From NCBI GenBank assembly GCA_035526025.1, contig DATLDE010000002.1, positions 2,340 through 66,339 on the forward strand: 64,000 nt of DNA, read 5' to 3'. Source of the DNA: Candidatus Limnocylindrales bacterium (GTDB taxonomy: Bacteria > Patescibacteriota > Microgenomatia > Levybacterales > UBA12049). The notes below the pieces were generated by a model. The model worked only from the letters and a program-made list of their open reading frames with translations, made no database searches and was not told the DNA's origin. The position numbers and the translations under genes are program-made. This document shows, piece by piece, positions 1-10,023 of this stretch. Within the stretch, counting starts at the first letter, position 1. Each line of letters opens with the position of its first letter.

Positions 1-887
1 TACTCATCATTTTTTATATCTGTATCAATACTGTCTTTAAACACATCAGCGAGACTGATTAACCTGACAGGATTTAAGAATGTATTTGCTGAGAATATTT
101 TTTCTTTAAATGCATTAATAACTTTTTCCTGTCTTTTTGAACGGGCAAAATCAGATCCTTCACCGTCTTTCGCATGTCTTGACCTAACAAATTTTAAAGC
201 ACTTATTCCATCCATTTTTTGTAATCCTTTTGCAAATTGTAGTCTTTCATAACGACAAGGAAACGCTTCGTCTTCTGTAGCACTGCCAGTTGCAAGCTCA
301 GCTGAAAGAGAAGCAATCTTCTCCTCACTCAAACCACAACTATCATTCTCCTTACCAGTCAAGGGATATTGAGAATCATCCAGGGAATTATCTACCATAA
401 TCTCCAACCCCCCAACCATATCTATAGCCTTCACAAAGCCATCAAAATCCATCCTGAAAACATAATCTATTTCCTGACCCAAAAGTTTTTCTACGGAGGC
501 ACGTGACTCTAGAATTCCTCCCCCTTTTCGCTTTACTTCACCATGTGCATAGGCAAAATTTACTTTTTGCTGGAGCTCTGGCATCCATAAATCTCTTGGA
601 ATTGATACAAGTGTAACTTTTTTACTTGGTACATCAATGCTCGCAAAAATCATAGTGTCGGTTAGATCAGGTCCGTCATGCGTTCCTCCACCAATTCCTA
701 GCAACAAAATATTTACTCGCTTCTCATCAGTTGTTTTGAGATTAATATTTTTCTCAAAAAGGAGTTGAAATATTGCCGGAAAATATTGACCACCCTTTAC
801 AACAAAAATACCCGCTATTATCACGAAGAAAATAATAATAACCGCAAGAACTCTTTTTCGAATGGGTTGTTGCCCTCTATGATTCAT
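1..887 (-). CDS. LCP (LytR-CpsA-Psr) family cell-envelope phosphotransferase, C-terminally truncated by window edge
   Basis: Reverse-strand ORF starting at ATG 885-887 and running off the window. N-terminal TM anchor, then NILLLGIGGGTHDGPDLTDTMIFASIDV, which matches the LCP signature (LLLGxD...SDTxMxxSxD). Absent from the ORF track because it is partial. Confidence 0.6.
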   Translation of the reverse strand, partial: MNHRGQQPIRKRVLAVIIIFFVIIAGIFVVKGGQYFPAIFQLLFEKNINLKTTDEKRVNILLLGIGGGTHDGPDLTDTMIFASIDVPSKKVTLVSIPRDLWMPELQQKVNFAYAHGEVKRKGGGILESRASVEKLLGQEIDYVFRMDFDGFVKAIDMVGGLEIMVDNSLDDSQYPLTGKENDSCGLSEEKIASLSAELATGSATEDEAFPCRYERLQFAKGLQKMDGISALKFVRSRHAKDGEGSDFARSKRQEKVINAFKEKIFSANTFLNPVRLISLADVFKDSIDTDIKNDE

Positions 888-919
888 ATAAATAAAGCTC
901 AAAAATATAATCCAGGGTA

Positions 920-1585
920 TTAAGAATTTTCAATAATCTTTAGAAACTTTTCAGCAGCAAGGCTCGCCCCACCAACCAAAACACCATCAATTGAGGATAA
1001 ATTCGTAAATCCAGCTACATTTTCCCCAAGCACACTACCTCCATACAAAACGTATTTAACAGCATTTTTTTCTTTTATAATCTTTGCAACGCTATCTGCG
1101 TCCTCAGGTGTATCTGGTGTACCTGTGCCAATTGCCGATACTGGTTCGTAGGCAACGATATCTACTCCTCCTGGAATAGGTGTTTCGGGTCCCTGAACAC
1201 AAAGTATAGGAGTAAGTCCCCCCTCAATTGCTTTCCCAACTTTCTTAGAAATAATTTCATCAGTCTCTGAAAAGTTTTTGCGCCTTTCTGAATGTCCGAT
1301 AATTACATAATCTGCAAACTCTTTAATTTGCTTGACATTTTCCTCACCAGTATATGCTCCTTCATCAAATGGGGATACATCCTGCGCTCCTATGGCAAAT
1401 GGGGTCTGACTTTTAGGACTTAACTCTTTTACAAGAGCAAGTAACGTAAATGGAGGACAGATAATAATTTCTTTCTCATCCTTGTTAATTGTTAGGTTTG
1501 AACTATTAAAAGTTTGAAACCAAACATTGGCTTCAGCAGTTGTCTCATTTGATTTCCAGTTGGCTACAATAAAAAGTTTTTTCAT
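920..1585 (-). CDS. tpiA: triosephosphate isomerase
   Basis: 221 aa. The IIGHSERR active-site motif and overall TIM-barrel length are diagnostic of triosephosphate isomerase. Confidence 0.85.
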   Translation of the reverse strand: MKKLFIVANWKSNETTAEANVWFQTFNSSNLTINKDEKEIIICPPFTLLALVKELSPKSQTPFAIGAQDVSPFDEGAYTGEENVKQIKEFADYVIIGHSERRKNFSETDEIISKKVGKAIEGGLTPILCVQGPETPIPGGVDIVAYEPVSAIGTGTPDTPEDADSVAKIIKEKNAVKYVLYGGSVLGENVAGFTNLSSIDGVLVGGASLAAEKFLKIIENS

Positions 1586-1693
1586 ATTATTTAATTTTTA
1601 AATATTCTTTAATGGTGATGAAAGACATATGCTACAATCTATATTACTCCACATTTTGAGCGACATAACAAGACAACTAAAATATTATACTCT

Positions 1694-3559
1694 ATGAAAG
1701 ATCTACTACTCAAGGATTTAAATCCTGAACAGCAAAAAGCAGTTATCGCAACGGATGGACCGACAATTATTCTCGCAGGTGCCGGATCCGGTAAGACCCG
1801 CGTGCTTACATACAAGGTACTTTATCTGATGATAGAAAAGCACATAGAACCTGAATCAATTCTAATGATTACCTTCACCAACAAAGCTGCACAGGAAATG
1901 AAAGAAAGAATGAACAAAATGCTTGCGGGGCAAGAGCTAAAAGCAAATAGCCAAAAGCTGCCCTCGGGACGGCCCTGGATCGCAACATTTCATTCTATGT
2001 GTGCCAAAATCTTAAGAATTGACGGAAAGCATCTTGGCTTTTCGTCAAAATTTGCGATATATGATTCCCAAGACCAGCTTGATGTTTTAAAAACTGCTAT
2101 GGCCAAGCTGGATATATCCATCAGAGACTTTAAACCGGCATCTGTCCTATCAACAATTTCTCAAGCCAAAAACGAACTAATTACTGCGAATGAATATCTT
2201 AATTATGCCAGAGGTTATTTCCAGGAAACAGTCTCCAAAATATATCCAATGTATCAGGCAATTCTCAAAGAAAATGACGCTTTGGATTTTGATGATTTGA
2301 TTCTGTATACAATTAAATTGCTTCAGGAAAATGAACAAATCCTCAAAAAATATCAAGCTAGATTTGAATACGTTTTAGTAGATGAATATCAGGATACAAA
2401 TAGAGCACAATACATGCTGACCAAATTACTGACAGGAAAGTGGAAAAATATTTGTGTTGTTGGGGATTTCTCACAAAGCATTTATTCATGGCGGGGAGCT
2501 GATTATCGCAATCTCATGAAGTTTAAAGATGATTTTCCAGCGACCCAGACATTCTCCCTTTCTCAAAACTACCGCTCTACACAAAGAATTCTTGACGGTG
2601 CAAGTGCTGTTATATCCCGAAATACTTCGCATCCTGTACTTAAGCTCTGGACAGAAAATCCTGAAGGGTCAGATATAGAAATTTATGAAGCACAAAGCGA
2701 GCAGGATGAAGCAGATTATATAATCCAGACCGTAGTGCTCGGAAAAATAAAAAACTTAAGCGATGTGGCAGTGCTATACCGGACCAATGCCCAATCCCGT
2801 GTGATAGAGGAAGCTTTTCTACATCATGGAATTCCCTACGTTCTCATCGGTGGTACCAGATTTTATGCCAGAAAAGAAGTAAAAGATGTTCTTTCCTATC
2901 TGCGGGTGCAATGCAATCCAAAAGATATGGTTTCTTATAAAAGACTTGAAAAGCTTGGGAAAGGAAGACTTCAGAAATTCCTTGAATACCAAGGCGTGCT
3001 TTCTGAGATTGAAAATCTTAACACTATAGATATACTTGACGGAGTCTTGAAAGTCACAGGATACCTTGAGCTCTATGATGAAAAAATTGAGGAGGACAGA
3101 ATGCGACTTGAGAATATAAAAGAGCTCCGATCGGTTGCTATCAATTTCCCCGATCTCACAGATTTTCTTGAAAATGTATCTCTTGTTGAGCAGGAATACA
3201 ATTCGGAAAAACAAACAGATGGCGAAAAGAAAAATGCGATAACACTTATGACGCTTCACGCAGCAAAAGGCCTGGAATTTCCAATCATTTTTATGATTGG
3301 TATGGAAGAAGGGCTCTTCCCACATACTCGTTCACTTATGGACAAATCAGAGCTTGAAGAAGAACGCAGGCTTTGCTATGTGGGGATGACGAGAGCAAAA
3401 GACATACTCCATTTAACTTATGCCAAACGACGACTTTTTTTCGGGCAACGAACTGCAAATACAGTCTCGAGGTTTGTCCTGGAACTACCAGAACACGTTG
3501 TTTCACAAAACTTCGGATCAGTGAAAATTAATCTTGATATGAATGAGGATTTGTTCTAA
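1694..3559 (+). CDS. ATP-dependent DNA helicase, UvrD/PcrA/Rep family (SF1)
   Basis: AGAGSGKTRVL Walker A near the N-terminus, DEYQDT motif II and a C-terminal LHAAKGLEFP motif. 621 aa. Confidence 0.85.
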   Translation: MKDLLLKDLNPEQQKAVIATDGPTIILAGAGSGKTRVLTYKVLYLMIEKHIEPESILMITFTNKAAQEMKERMNKMLAGQELKANSQKLPSGRPWIATFHSMCAKILRIDGKHLGFSSKFAIYDSQDQLDVLKTAMAKLDISIRDFKPASVLSTISQAKNELITANEYLNYARGYFQETVSKIYPMYQAILKENDALDFDDLILYTIKLLQENEQILKKYQARFEYVLVDEYQDTNRAQYMLTKLLTGKWKNICVVGDFSQSIYSWRGADYRNLMKFKDDFPATQTFSLSQNYRSTQRILDGASAVISRNTSHPVLKLWTENPEGSDIEIYEAQSEQDEADYIIQTVVLGKIKNLSDVAVLYRTNAQSRVIEEAFLHHGIPYVLIGGTRFYARKEVKDVLSYLRVQCNPKDMVSYKRLEKLGKGRLQKFLEYQGVLSEIENLNTIDILDGVLKVTGYLELYDEKIEEDRMRLENIKELRSVAINFPDLTDFLENVSLVEQEYNSEKQTDGEKKNAITLMTLHAAKGLEFPIIFMIGMEEGLFPHTRSLMDKSELEEERRLCYVGMTRAKDILHLTYAKRRLFFGQRTANTVSRFVLELPEHVVSQNFGSVKINLDMNEDLF

Positions 3560-4419
3560 GTTATTTTTCGCTTAGCAAGCTTTTCAAAAACTACAACAGC
3601 TTCCTGAACCTCTAGGTCGAGTTTTTCTTTATGTTCGTCCCAAGATAATGGACGTTTAATTGGTAATCCTCTCAATGCTGCTTTCATTGCAGGTATATGA
3701 AATTTACCTACCACAACTGCTAATTTCCCAGGTAACTCAGTTGCCAATTCTGCGACTCGTGGTCCCATAACTTCAAAATCTCTAACTTCCCCTAGATATT
3801 TCATGATCTCATCGTCAGCTATTCTTGTATCTTCTATCATATTACGAGGGTCTTCACCTAGAATAGTTATTTCATATATTCTACTTTTTGCATTTTTATC
3901 TATTGCTTCAAATATATCATCCTCAGTGATGGGAGATGTTCGGGCTGCTTTAAATTTAATACGAGCTGCAAGATCTCTACCGTATTCTTCTAGCCCTTTT
4001 CCTTTTGGAAATTTTTGCCTCATAAATCTATCAACAACCTCATTAATAGAACCAGAATCCATAAAAGACATAAAAACCCTTGGATCCATACCGTATTGTT
4101 CGGCAAGCGAACGAAAATCTGCACCTTGCTCTAACCAATGAACATTCTCCCTCATATTTCTATAATTGAAGACTGAAACCGCAAGTGCTTCATAATTTTG
4201 TGGGTTTCGGGTGTTCATCGTTCCCAACATATCTGTATCTCCTTCCATCAAGAGATGATCAGTCATTTTAAAATTATCTTTTAATTGCTGCATACGGAAT
4301 CCTCCTGGGAGCTTTGCGTCATGATGCACACCAAAAATTGTGGCTCGTCCAATCTGAACGACAATTGCTTCTTTTGATTTTTTTACTGGCGGATCTCCGT
4401 GTCTTCTTTCTGCAGACAT
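3556..4419 (-). CDS. TraB/GumN-family-like protein (tentative)
   Basis: 287 aa. N-terminal ATIFGVHHD and C-terminal AVVVGKFHIPAM resemble the two conserved G-x-H blocks of the TraB/GumN family. Weak motif-level call. Confidence 0.3.
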   Translation of the reverse strand: MSAERRHGDPPVKKSKEAIVVQIGRATIFGVHHDAKLPGGFRMQQLKDNFKMTDHLLMEGDTDMLGTMNTRNPQNYEALAVSVFNYRNMRENVHWLEQGADFRSLAEQYGMDPRVFMSFMDSGSINEVVDRFMRQKFPKGKGLEEYGRDLAARIKFKAARTSPITEDDIFEAIDKNAKSRIYEITILGEDPRNMIEDTRIADDEIMKYLGEVRDFEVMGPRVAELATELPGKLAVVVGKFHIPAMKAALRGLPIKRPLSWDEHKEKLDLEVQEAVVVFEKLAKRKIT

Positions 4420-4471
4420 GTGCGGATTATACTATAAGATTTCTCATTATTCAAGTTCTGGGAAATTAGGA

Positions 4472-4936
4472 TTAAATACTTTTCCCTTTGAGGATATTTT
4501 GAATTGTTTCTATCACCTGAGGATCTATAGCAGATCCTGCAAGCAGTCTTGGATCAACACTTCCCTCAAGGCAACTCTGGGTGAGACACATCGCTATCTC
4601 TCCATAACCTCTTCCAACAGGACTATTATGATAATAAAACTTATAACTATGTATCATACTGCTATCTGTAATAATATCAATTGAATCTAAAAGAGTGTCT
4701 TGATTTGAGTAAACATCAATTTTTTTAAATTTTGAGAGTCTTGCAACAGCCTCGTAATCTTTGGTGATTACTATTTTCCCATCATTAACTGAAATTTCAG
4801 TCCTCTCAACCGAATCTTGACTATCACGATAAACTTTTATTTTCCCATCTGCCATAACCTTTTTAAGTATGGTTGCTTTGTGATCCCCAGCTGAACCGAA
4901 GCGTTTGGAATTGGGATTTCTATAGTCAAAAGCCAT
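4472..4936 (-). CDS. hypothetical protein
   Basis: ORF track extends to 5047, but the first ATG with sensible context is at 4934-4936 (MAFDYRNPNSKRF...). No recognisable motif. Confidence 0.45.
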   Translation of the reverse strand: MAFDYRNPNSKRFGSAGDHKATILKKVMADGKIKVYRDSQDSVERTEISVNDGKIVITKDYEAVARLSKFKKIDVYSNQDTLLDSIDIITDSSMIHSYKFYYHNSPVGRGYGEIAMCLTQSCLEGSVDPRLLAGSAIDPQVIETIQNILKGKSI

Positions 4937-5011
4937 ATGCTTATAATATCTTTCTACAATAAATTTAGCAATATTATTTTCTAGTTGCAATATTTCTGAT
5001 AATATAAATAT

Positions 5012-5338
5012 ATGGCGGAAACAGATACCATAGAAGTTGATACACAAAATCTAGGTAAATTAATTGACCACCTCCCAACAGAAACCCATGTTAAAGAAGA
5101 AATAACTCCTAAATCGCTAGAATTAACAGAAGCTGAGCAAGGTAAGAAAGATGAAATGCTTAAAAAATTGGACAGGATCAAACAACAACTTGCTGAAGCA
5201 AGTGAGCGCACTAACACAGTTGACGATAAACGCACTTTGGAAGAATTAAGAGCTGAAACCGAACGAGCTAAAGAGATGGAAACACCTACTATGGATTCGC
5301 TTATTGCTGATCGTTACAAAAAGAACAACCTAACTTAA
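5012..5338 (+). CDS. hypothetical charged coiled-coil protein
   Basis: 108 aa, K/E-rich with heptad-like pattern. Divergent from the 4472-4936 gene. Confidence 0.45.
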   Translation: MAETDTIEVDTQNLGKLIDHLPTETHVKEEITPKSLELTEAEQGKKDEMLKKLDRIKQQLAEASERTNTVDDKRTLEELRAETERAKEMETPTMDSLIADRYKKNNLT

Positions 5339-5383
5339 GGTTTGTATAAAAGTGAGATCTGATGAGATTATAATAATTTAAAC

Positions 5384-7126
5384 TCAATTCTTCCCTTGCT
5401 GCTGATACATTTTAATTAATTCTTCAACCGTTGTTGCGTCTTCTGCCTTTTTATCTTTGTCACGAAAGTTTACTAATCGAGGAAACCTGAGAGCATACCC
5501 GGGATCTTTCACTCCTTCACTGATCTTAATACCTGCAGTATGCAAAGGGCTTCTTGTAATCTCATCAGCCAGAACTTCTATAACAATTTCAGGTCTTACC
5601 CAGACACTCGGCTCAATAAGTGAATTGGTCCTCGCAGGCTTGTGGGTGAGCTCCATACCCTTTGTCTTTTCTTTTATACTTATCCACTCCTCATCCGTTA
5701 AGCCTGTTCCGATCTTACTGACTGTTACAAATTCATCAGCGTCTTTGTCATACACTCCCACCAAAAGTGCTCCGGCACCAAATGCAGTTCTTTTACCTTT
5801 GCCAAAAATATACCCTAAAATCACGCAATCAATTGTGTCCTGAAGCTCACCTGATGAATGCCTTTTCAACTTCACCCAATTAAAGTTACGTCCTCCAGCA
5901 ACGTAAAGAGAATCGATCTTTTTGACTACAACTCCTTCAAGTCCTTTTGAAATACTATCATCAAGCATTAGCTGAAGGTCTTTTGGATCTGTGAGTATTT
6001 CACCAGGTGCTGGAAGAAGAGTTTCTCCTTTCTCAACTGTTTTGGCCAATATTTTCATCCGTTCGTGGAGCGGCGTATCAATAAGAGATTTACCATCTGC
6101 ATAGAGAATATCGAAAACAAATGCTCGCAAAGGAAGGCTCTGTGCCATTGCTTCAATTCCATGCTTTCTGCGCCTCTTGGTCGTCTCCTGAAAAGGCAAA
6201 AATTCTTCTGACTCCGGTTGATATGCAAGTGCTTCAGTATCTAGAATTGCTGTTTTTACTTTTATTTGTTGCAAAGCTCCTTCGATCAATTCTGGGAACA
6301 TATGTGTCATGTCCTCGAGATTTCTTGAAAACATAGAGATCTTGTTACCATTTTTATGGATCTGAACCCTAAATCCGTCATACTTAGGAGTTGCATGGAT
6401 TCTATCCCCCATTTTACTAAATACTTTTTCGGGATTTGGAAGTCTCTCACATAGCTCTGAACGTATTGGACGACCAACAGTGACTGTGAGTTTTTGAACA
6501 CTTGCCAAGCCTGAAACCATAAGGGTTTTTCCAATTAAACCAAGATCTGATGTTTCGTTATACGCTTTTTCCAACAATTTACGGTTCGCCCTATCTCCTA
6601 GTATCCCCTTCGCCAGACTGTCCAAGATCGTCGGGTCGCCTATCCCAAGTCGTGTTTTACCAAGAGGTACTCTTACCAGATGCTTGGCCGAAATAGGATC
6701 TACTTTTTTCAATAAATCAGAAAGCAAAACTATTCTTTTTTCAACAGTACCAGCTCCTGATGTATTTGCGATTTCAGTCAGTATTTTAAAAACGTCCTCA
6801 ACTGTCTTTGAACTTTTAACTTTTAACTTTGAACTTAGCTCTTGCGCAACCAATCCTATATCCCCGGCCTTACTATACATTTTCAGGACATTTTCTTTTG
6901 TTTCACCAAATGCCCGCCCAAGTGCATCAGCTACAGTCTTATCAGCCATACCTATCTCAACCGGCGCAAAAAATGGGGCGATTCTTCCTTGTGTTAGATA
7001 AATTATCCTGTCGATTTCTTCTTTGTCTGTATGCTTAAAAAGATCTGAAAGAATATCGATCAGAATTAAACGGGAAGATGTTTCTTCTAATTTCTCAAAA
7101 TATTCTGCAAGTTTGGAAAATTTCAT
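5384..7126 (-). CDS. ATP-dependent DNA ligase, Lig1/archaeal type (DBD + adenylation + OB domains)
   Basis: 580 aa. Motif I KYDGFRVQIH (KxDG adenylation lysine), with an N-terminal DNA-binding domain and a C-terminal OB fold typical of archaeal/eukaryotic ligases. Confidence 0.85.
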   Translation of the reverse strand: MKFSKLAEYFEKLEETSSRLILIDILSDLFKHTDKEEIDRIIYLTQGRIAPFFAPVEIGMADKTVADALGRAFGETKENVLKMYSKAGDIGLVAQELSSKLKVKSSKTVEDVFKILTEIANTSGAGTVEKRIVLLSDLLKKVDPISAKHLVRVPLGKTRLGIGDPTILDSLAKGILGDRANRKLLEKAYNETSDLGLIGKTLMVSGLASVQKLTVTVGRPIRSELCERLPNPEKVFSKMGDRIHATPKYDGFRVQIHKNGNKISMFSRNLEDMTHMFPELIEGALQQIKVKTAILDTEALAYQPESEEFLPFQETTKRRRKHGIEAMAQSLPLRAFVFDILYADGKSLIDTPLHERMKILAKTVEKGETLLPAPGEILTDPKDLQLMLDDSISKGLEGVVVKKIDSLYVAGGRNFNWVKLKRHSSGELQDTIDCVILGYIFGKGKRTAFGAGALLVGVYDKDADEFVTVSKIGTGLTDEEWISIKEKTKGMELTHKPARTNSLIEPSVWVRPEIVIEVLADEITRSPLHTAGIKISEGVKDPGYALRFPRLVNFRDKDKKAEDATTVEELIKMYQQQGKN

Positions 7127-7128
7127 AG

Positions 7129-7623
7129 CTATCCTATTTCAGGACCTCCACCTGAATCTTCATGCTTAATTATCCCCTCTCTCAAGTTAAGTTCTGCGCG
7201 ATCTATTTTCAAAAAAGTCAACGCTTTATCAGTTACATCCCTCTCTTGTTCAAGCACTCCTTTATCAGGATCCCATCTAGAACCGATTACAATAGCTGGA
7301 TCGTCAATGGAATTACCAGTTTCGGGATCTATATCAGATATTTTTACCAATGCAATTTCCCCTTCTCCTACACCTAACTCCTCCCTTGCCTTTGGACCAT
7401 CATATATAACAGCTTGATAATATCGCCGTTCAGCCCTTTCTGCGCGAATCGCTTCCCCATACTCTCTTGAAATCTTTCCATTTTCAAGTCTAGATAACAC
7501 TCCCTGCGGAATAGACCATTGCTCTTTATTCCAAGGAACCATCATAGGAGTTCCACCGATCAATACCTGTTCAGTAGGCGTAAGCATATCTTCATCTCTT
7601 ATTTGTATATGTGGTTTATTCAT
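7129..7623 (-). CDS. hypothetical protein, co-operonic with Fic protein and DNA ligase
   Basis: 164 aa, acidic, no recognisable motif. There is a 2-nt gap to the ligase gene and a 1-nt gap to the Fic gene. Confidence 0.5.
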   Translation of the reverse strand: MNKPHIQIRDEDMLTPTEQVLIGGTPMMVPWNKEQWSIPQGVLSRLENGKISREYGEAIRAERAERRYYQAVIYDGPKAREELGVGEGEIALVKISDIDPETGNSIDDPAIVIGSRWDPDKGVLEQERDVTDKALTFLKIDRAELNLREGIIKHEDSGGGPEIG

Positions 7624-7624
7624 A

Positions 7625-8677
7625 TTATTTATTTGCCATTATGTATTTGGCTCCCTTCGTCTTTCCTGACTTTTTTATAATTCCGGCTTTTAAGAGGACC
7701 TTAATTTCATTAAGCACAGTATCTTCTGAAACCATTGGGAAAAGCTGTTGAAATGCCTGATTCTGAAGATATCCTGTTTTTTGGATATATTCCATGATTT
7801 TAAGCTGCCTGTCAGATAAAAGTAAAGGAGTTCCTCCGAGTCGCTCTTTCAGTGTCGCGTCAACTGATATTCTTTCAATTTTATCTTTAATTTTTGATAG
7901 CTCGATTGCCAATCCCTGTGTAAAATACTCAAGCCATGTTGTCAGATCACCTTCTGCTTTACCGACACTTTGGAGAGCTTCATAGTATGAAGCAGAGTCA
8001 TTATCAAAATATTCCTCAAGCGAAAAAAACTTTCTGATATCATATCCTTCTTGGAATAAGATATATGTAGACAAAGCCCGCGATACACGCCCATTGCCAT
8101 CTACAAATGGATGAATCCGGACTAGCTCATAATGAATTGTTCCAGATTTCAGAACAGGATGCATATCTCCTGAATTATTTATAAATTCCAAAAGTTCTGA
8201 GATTTGAATCGGTACAGCTATCGGAAGAGGTGGACGAAAAGTTACTTCACCAGTCAGGCTATTTTTTACAACTACCTGAGTACTTCGATATACACCTACC
8301 CTAGTGGTCTCTAGAATTTTCTCAACCGTCAACTTATGAAGCTCTAGAATAAACTTTTCGTCGATAGCCAATTGTGAATCACTGCCTGTAAGCTGCCCAA
8401 TCCTATCCATAACTCTTCTATAATTAATTACCTCCTGAATATCACGCTCTCTTGCAGCAACCACTTCTCCCATCATAACTTTCTCGGCCTGATTAAGATT
8501 CAGTTCATTTCCCTCTATGTGTGTTCCGTGATGAACAGCTCGTGCAAGTGCATCTTTCTGAAATTCTCTTTCATAAAATGGAAGCAGAGGTGCATGATCG
8601 ATAACTTCACGGGAGGCCTCGATAATCCCGATATTTTTGAGGATCTTATTTGTAATACTGTATTTAGGAGTATACAT
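7625..8677 (-). CDS. Fic/DOC family protein (AMPylator-type) with C-terminal winged-helix domain
   Basis: Fic motif HPFVDGNGRVSRAL (HPFx[DE]GNGR). 350 aa. Confidence 0.85.
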   Translation of the reverse strand: MYTPKYSITNKILKNIGIIEASREVIDHAPLLPFYEREFQKDALARAVHHGTHIEGNELNLNQAEKVMMGEVVAARERDIQEVINYRRVMDRIGQLTGSDSQLAIDEKFILELHKLTVEKILETTRVGVYRSTQVVVKNSLTGEVTFRPPLPIAVPIQISELLEFINNSGDMHPVLKSGTIHYELVRIHPFVDGNGRVSRALSTYILFQEGYDIRKFFSLEEYFDNDSASYYEALQSVGKAEGDLTTWLEYFTQGLAIELSKIKDKIERISVDATLKERLGGTPLLLSDRQLKIMEYIQKTGYLQNQAFQQLFPMVSEDTVLNEIKVLLKAGIIKKSGKTKGAKYIMANK

Positions 8678-8688
8678 AAAGAGGAAAT

Positions 8689-8746
8689 AAGATTAAAGAT
8701 TCAGGATTAAAGAATTCTTAAATCTTACTTCGTTAATCTTAAATCT
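8689..8746. repeat. dispersed intergenic repeat (AAGATTAAAGAT...GATTAAAGAATTCTTAAATC...TTAAATCT); second copy at 38808-38864
   Basis: An exact 20-mer GATTAAAGAATTCTTAAATC plus a flanking AAGATTAAAGAT are shared between the promoter regions of the Fic gene and the BtuM-like gene. Confidence 0.7.
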
Positions 8747-8830
8747 GAATAATTATTGCATATTTCCCGAATTTTGGCAATCCTCGTTTCTTGAATTGAG
8801 ACATAAATTATGTTATAGTCACCAACAAAT

Positions 8831-9199
8831 ATGACGATTGAGGTTGAATTGCTAGAAGACATAGACGAAAACAGCCTAAGTATGCCTGGACAATCACCAG
8901 TAGTAATAGAGTACAGAGCAAATAAAAGATTTGTGACCGTTCCAGATGATACTAAGTTAAAATTTAGAAGTCTTTTCCATAGAAAAAAATTCAAAGTGGT
9001 TGACCAATCTTCAGAGAGACCACAGGCAGCGGTTTACGGTGAAGGAACCGAATACCCAATTTATGTGGGGAGTAAGACCAAAGACCATAACTTCGGCGGA
9101 CCGGGAAGAGTCATTCCTAACGTAGCAAGAATTATGTATAAAGGCAAAGAAAAAAGAAAAGCGGAAATGACTAGTAGAGGCAGAAGGAATAGAATTTAA
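8831..9199 (+). CDS. hypothetical protein with basic C-terminus
   Basis: 122 aa. A TTGAAT-17-TATAGT promoter-like element lies about 30 nt upstream. No motif. Confidence 0.4.
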   Translation: MTIEVELLEDIDENSLSMPGQSPVVIEYRANKRFVTVPDDTKLKFRSLFHRKKFKVVDQSSERPQAAVYGEGTEYPIYVGSKTKDHNFGGPGRVIPNVARIMYKGKEKRKAEMTSRGRRNRI

Positions 9200-10017
9200 G
9201 ATTTTTGCAGAACTTCCATAACAATTGGAATTTCCTCTGCCAAATCACTTGCATTAAAATTATAGCCAACTTTTCCATACAAGCTTTCCCCGGCTTTTTT
9301 ATTGATGTAGGACCCGACAAGTGCAGCAAGAAATAAATCATTTTTACATGCAAGTGCTGCAACTAGTCCCGCTAACACGTCCCCTGTTCCACCTTTTGTC
9401 ATACCCGCATTACCTCCCACTATCTCAACGCATTCTTCAGGATTACATACAATATCGCTCTCACCTTTTAACAGAATTATTATTCCGTACTTTTTTGCCA
9501 TATTTTCTGCGTTTTCAGGATTTGGCTCCATACCAAAAAGAGTTTCAAATTCTTTTCTGTGTGGTGTGATAATTGAATTTTTGGGAATAATCTCAGGATT
9601 TATTACCTGCAGACTCCCCCCATCAATTACCCATTTTTTGTCCGGATATTTTATAAATAACTTTTCAGTTAGCTCTTTTGTATGATCATCCCCCTCTTCA
9701 TGTCCGTCTGGACGTGGTAATCCAGGCCCGATTAAAATACAGTCTGCTTCAGCTGCATAATCATCAATTTTTCCTCGTGGCACTACTATCCCATTTCGAA
9801 ATTCTTCTTTTGCTTTTTGGACTATTTCATTATTTTCAGGAACGGATGAATAAAAAACCATATCCACAAATTTTGATGCAATAGTTAAGGCCCAAAGACT
9901 CGCTGCATGAAAAAGGTGAGATCCACCAATCAGCATCAACTTACCATTTTCACCTTTATGTGAATCTGACGGTGGCGCATATAAATTTTTCAGAGCTTTT
10001 GGATCAAATTCTTTCAT
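9196..10017 (-). CDS. ADP/ATP-dependent NAD(P)H-hydrate dehydratase (YjeF C-terminal / carbohydrate-kinase-like domain)
   Basis: GTGDVLAGLVAALACK motif (GxGDxLxG of the YjeF-C/Nnr dehydratase). 273 aa standalone domain. Confidence 0.7.
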   Translation of the reverse strand: MKEFDPKALKNLYAPPSDSHKGENGKLMLIGGSHLFHAASLWALTIASKFVDMVFYSSVPENNEIVQKAKEEFRNGIVVPRGKIDDYAAEADCILIGPGLPRPDGHEEGDDHTKELTEKLFIKYPDKKWVIDGGSLQVINPEIIPKNSIITPHRKEFETLFGMEPNPENAENMAKKYGIIILLKGESDIVCNPEECVEIVGGNAGMTKGGTGDVLAGLVAALACKNDLFLAALVGSYINKKAGESLYGKVGYNFNASDLAEEIPIVMEVLQKS

Positions 10018-10023
10018 AAAATT

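Noticed and set aside
2819-3325. 168-aa minus-strand ORF inside the UvrD/PcrA helicase gene. Similar antisense ORFs occur at 3803-4141, 5457-5843, 6684-7001, 17485-17964, 18505-18849, 33717-34145, 40952-41206, 50037-50552, 54421-54774 and elsewhere.
   Set aside because: Fully embedded antisense to long ORFs with clear catalytic motifs. Low-complexity translations typical of AT-rich shadow frames.
8725-8994. 89-aa minus-strand ORF overlapping the start of the 8831-9199 gene
   Set aside because: Antisense overlap with a better-supported ORF, and its 3' end overlaps the promoter-like region.
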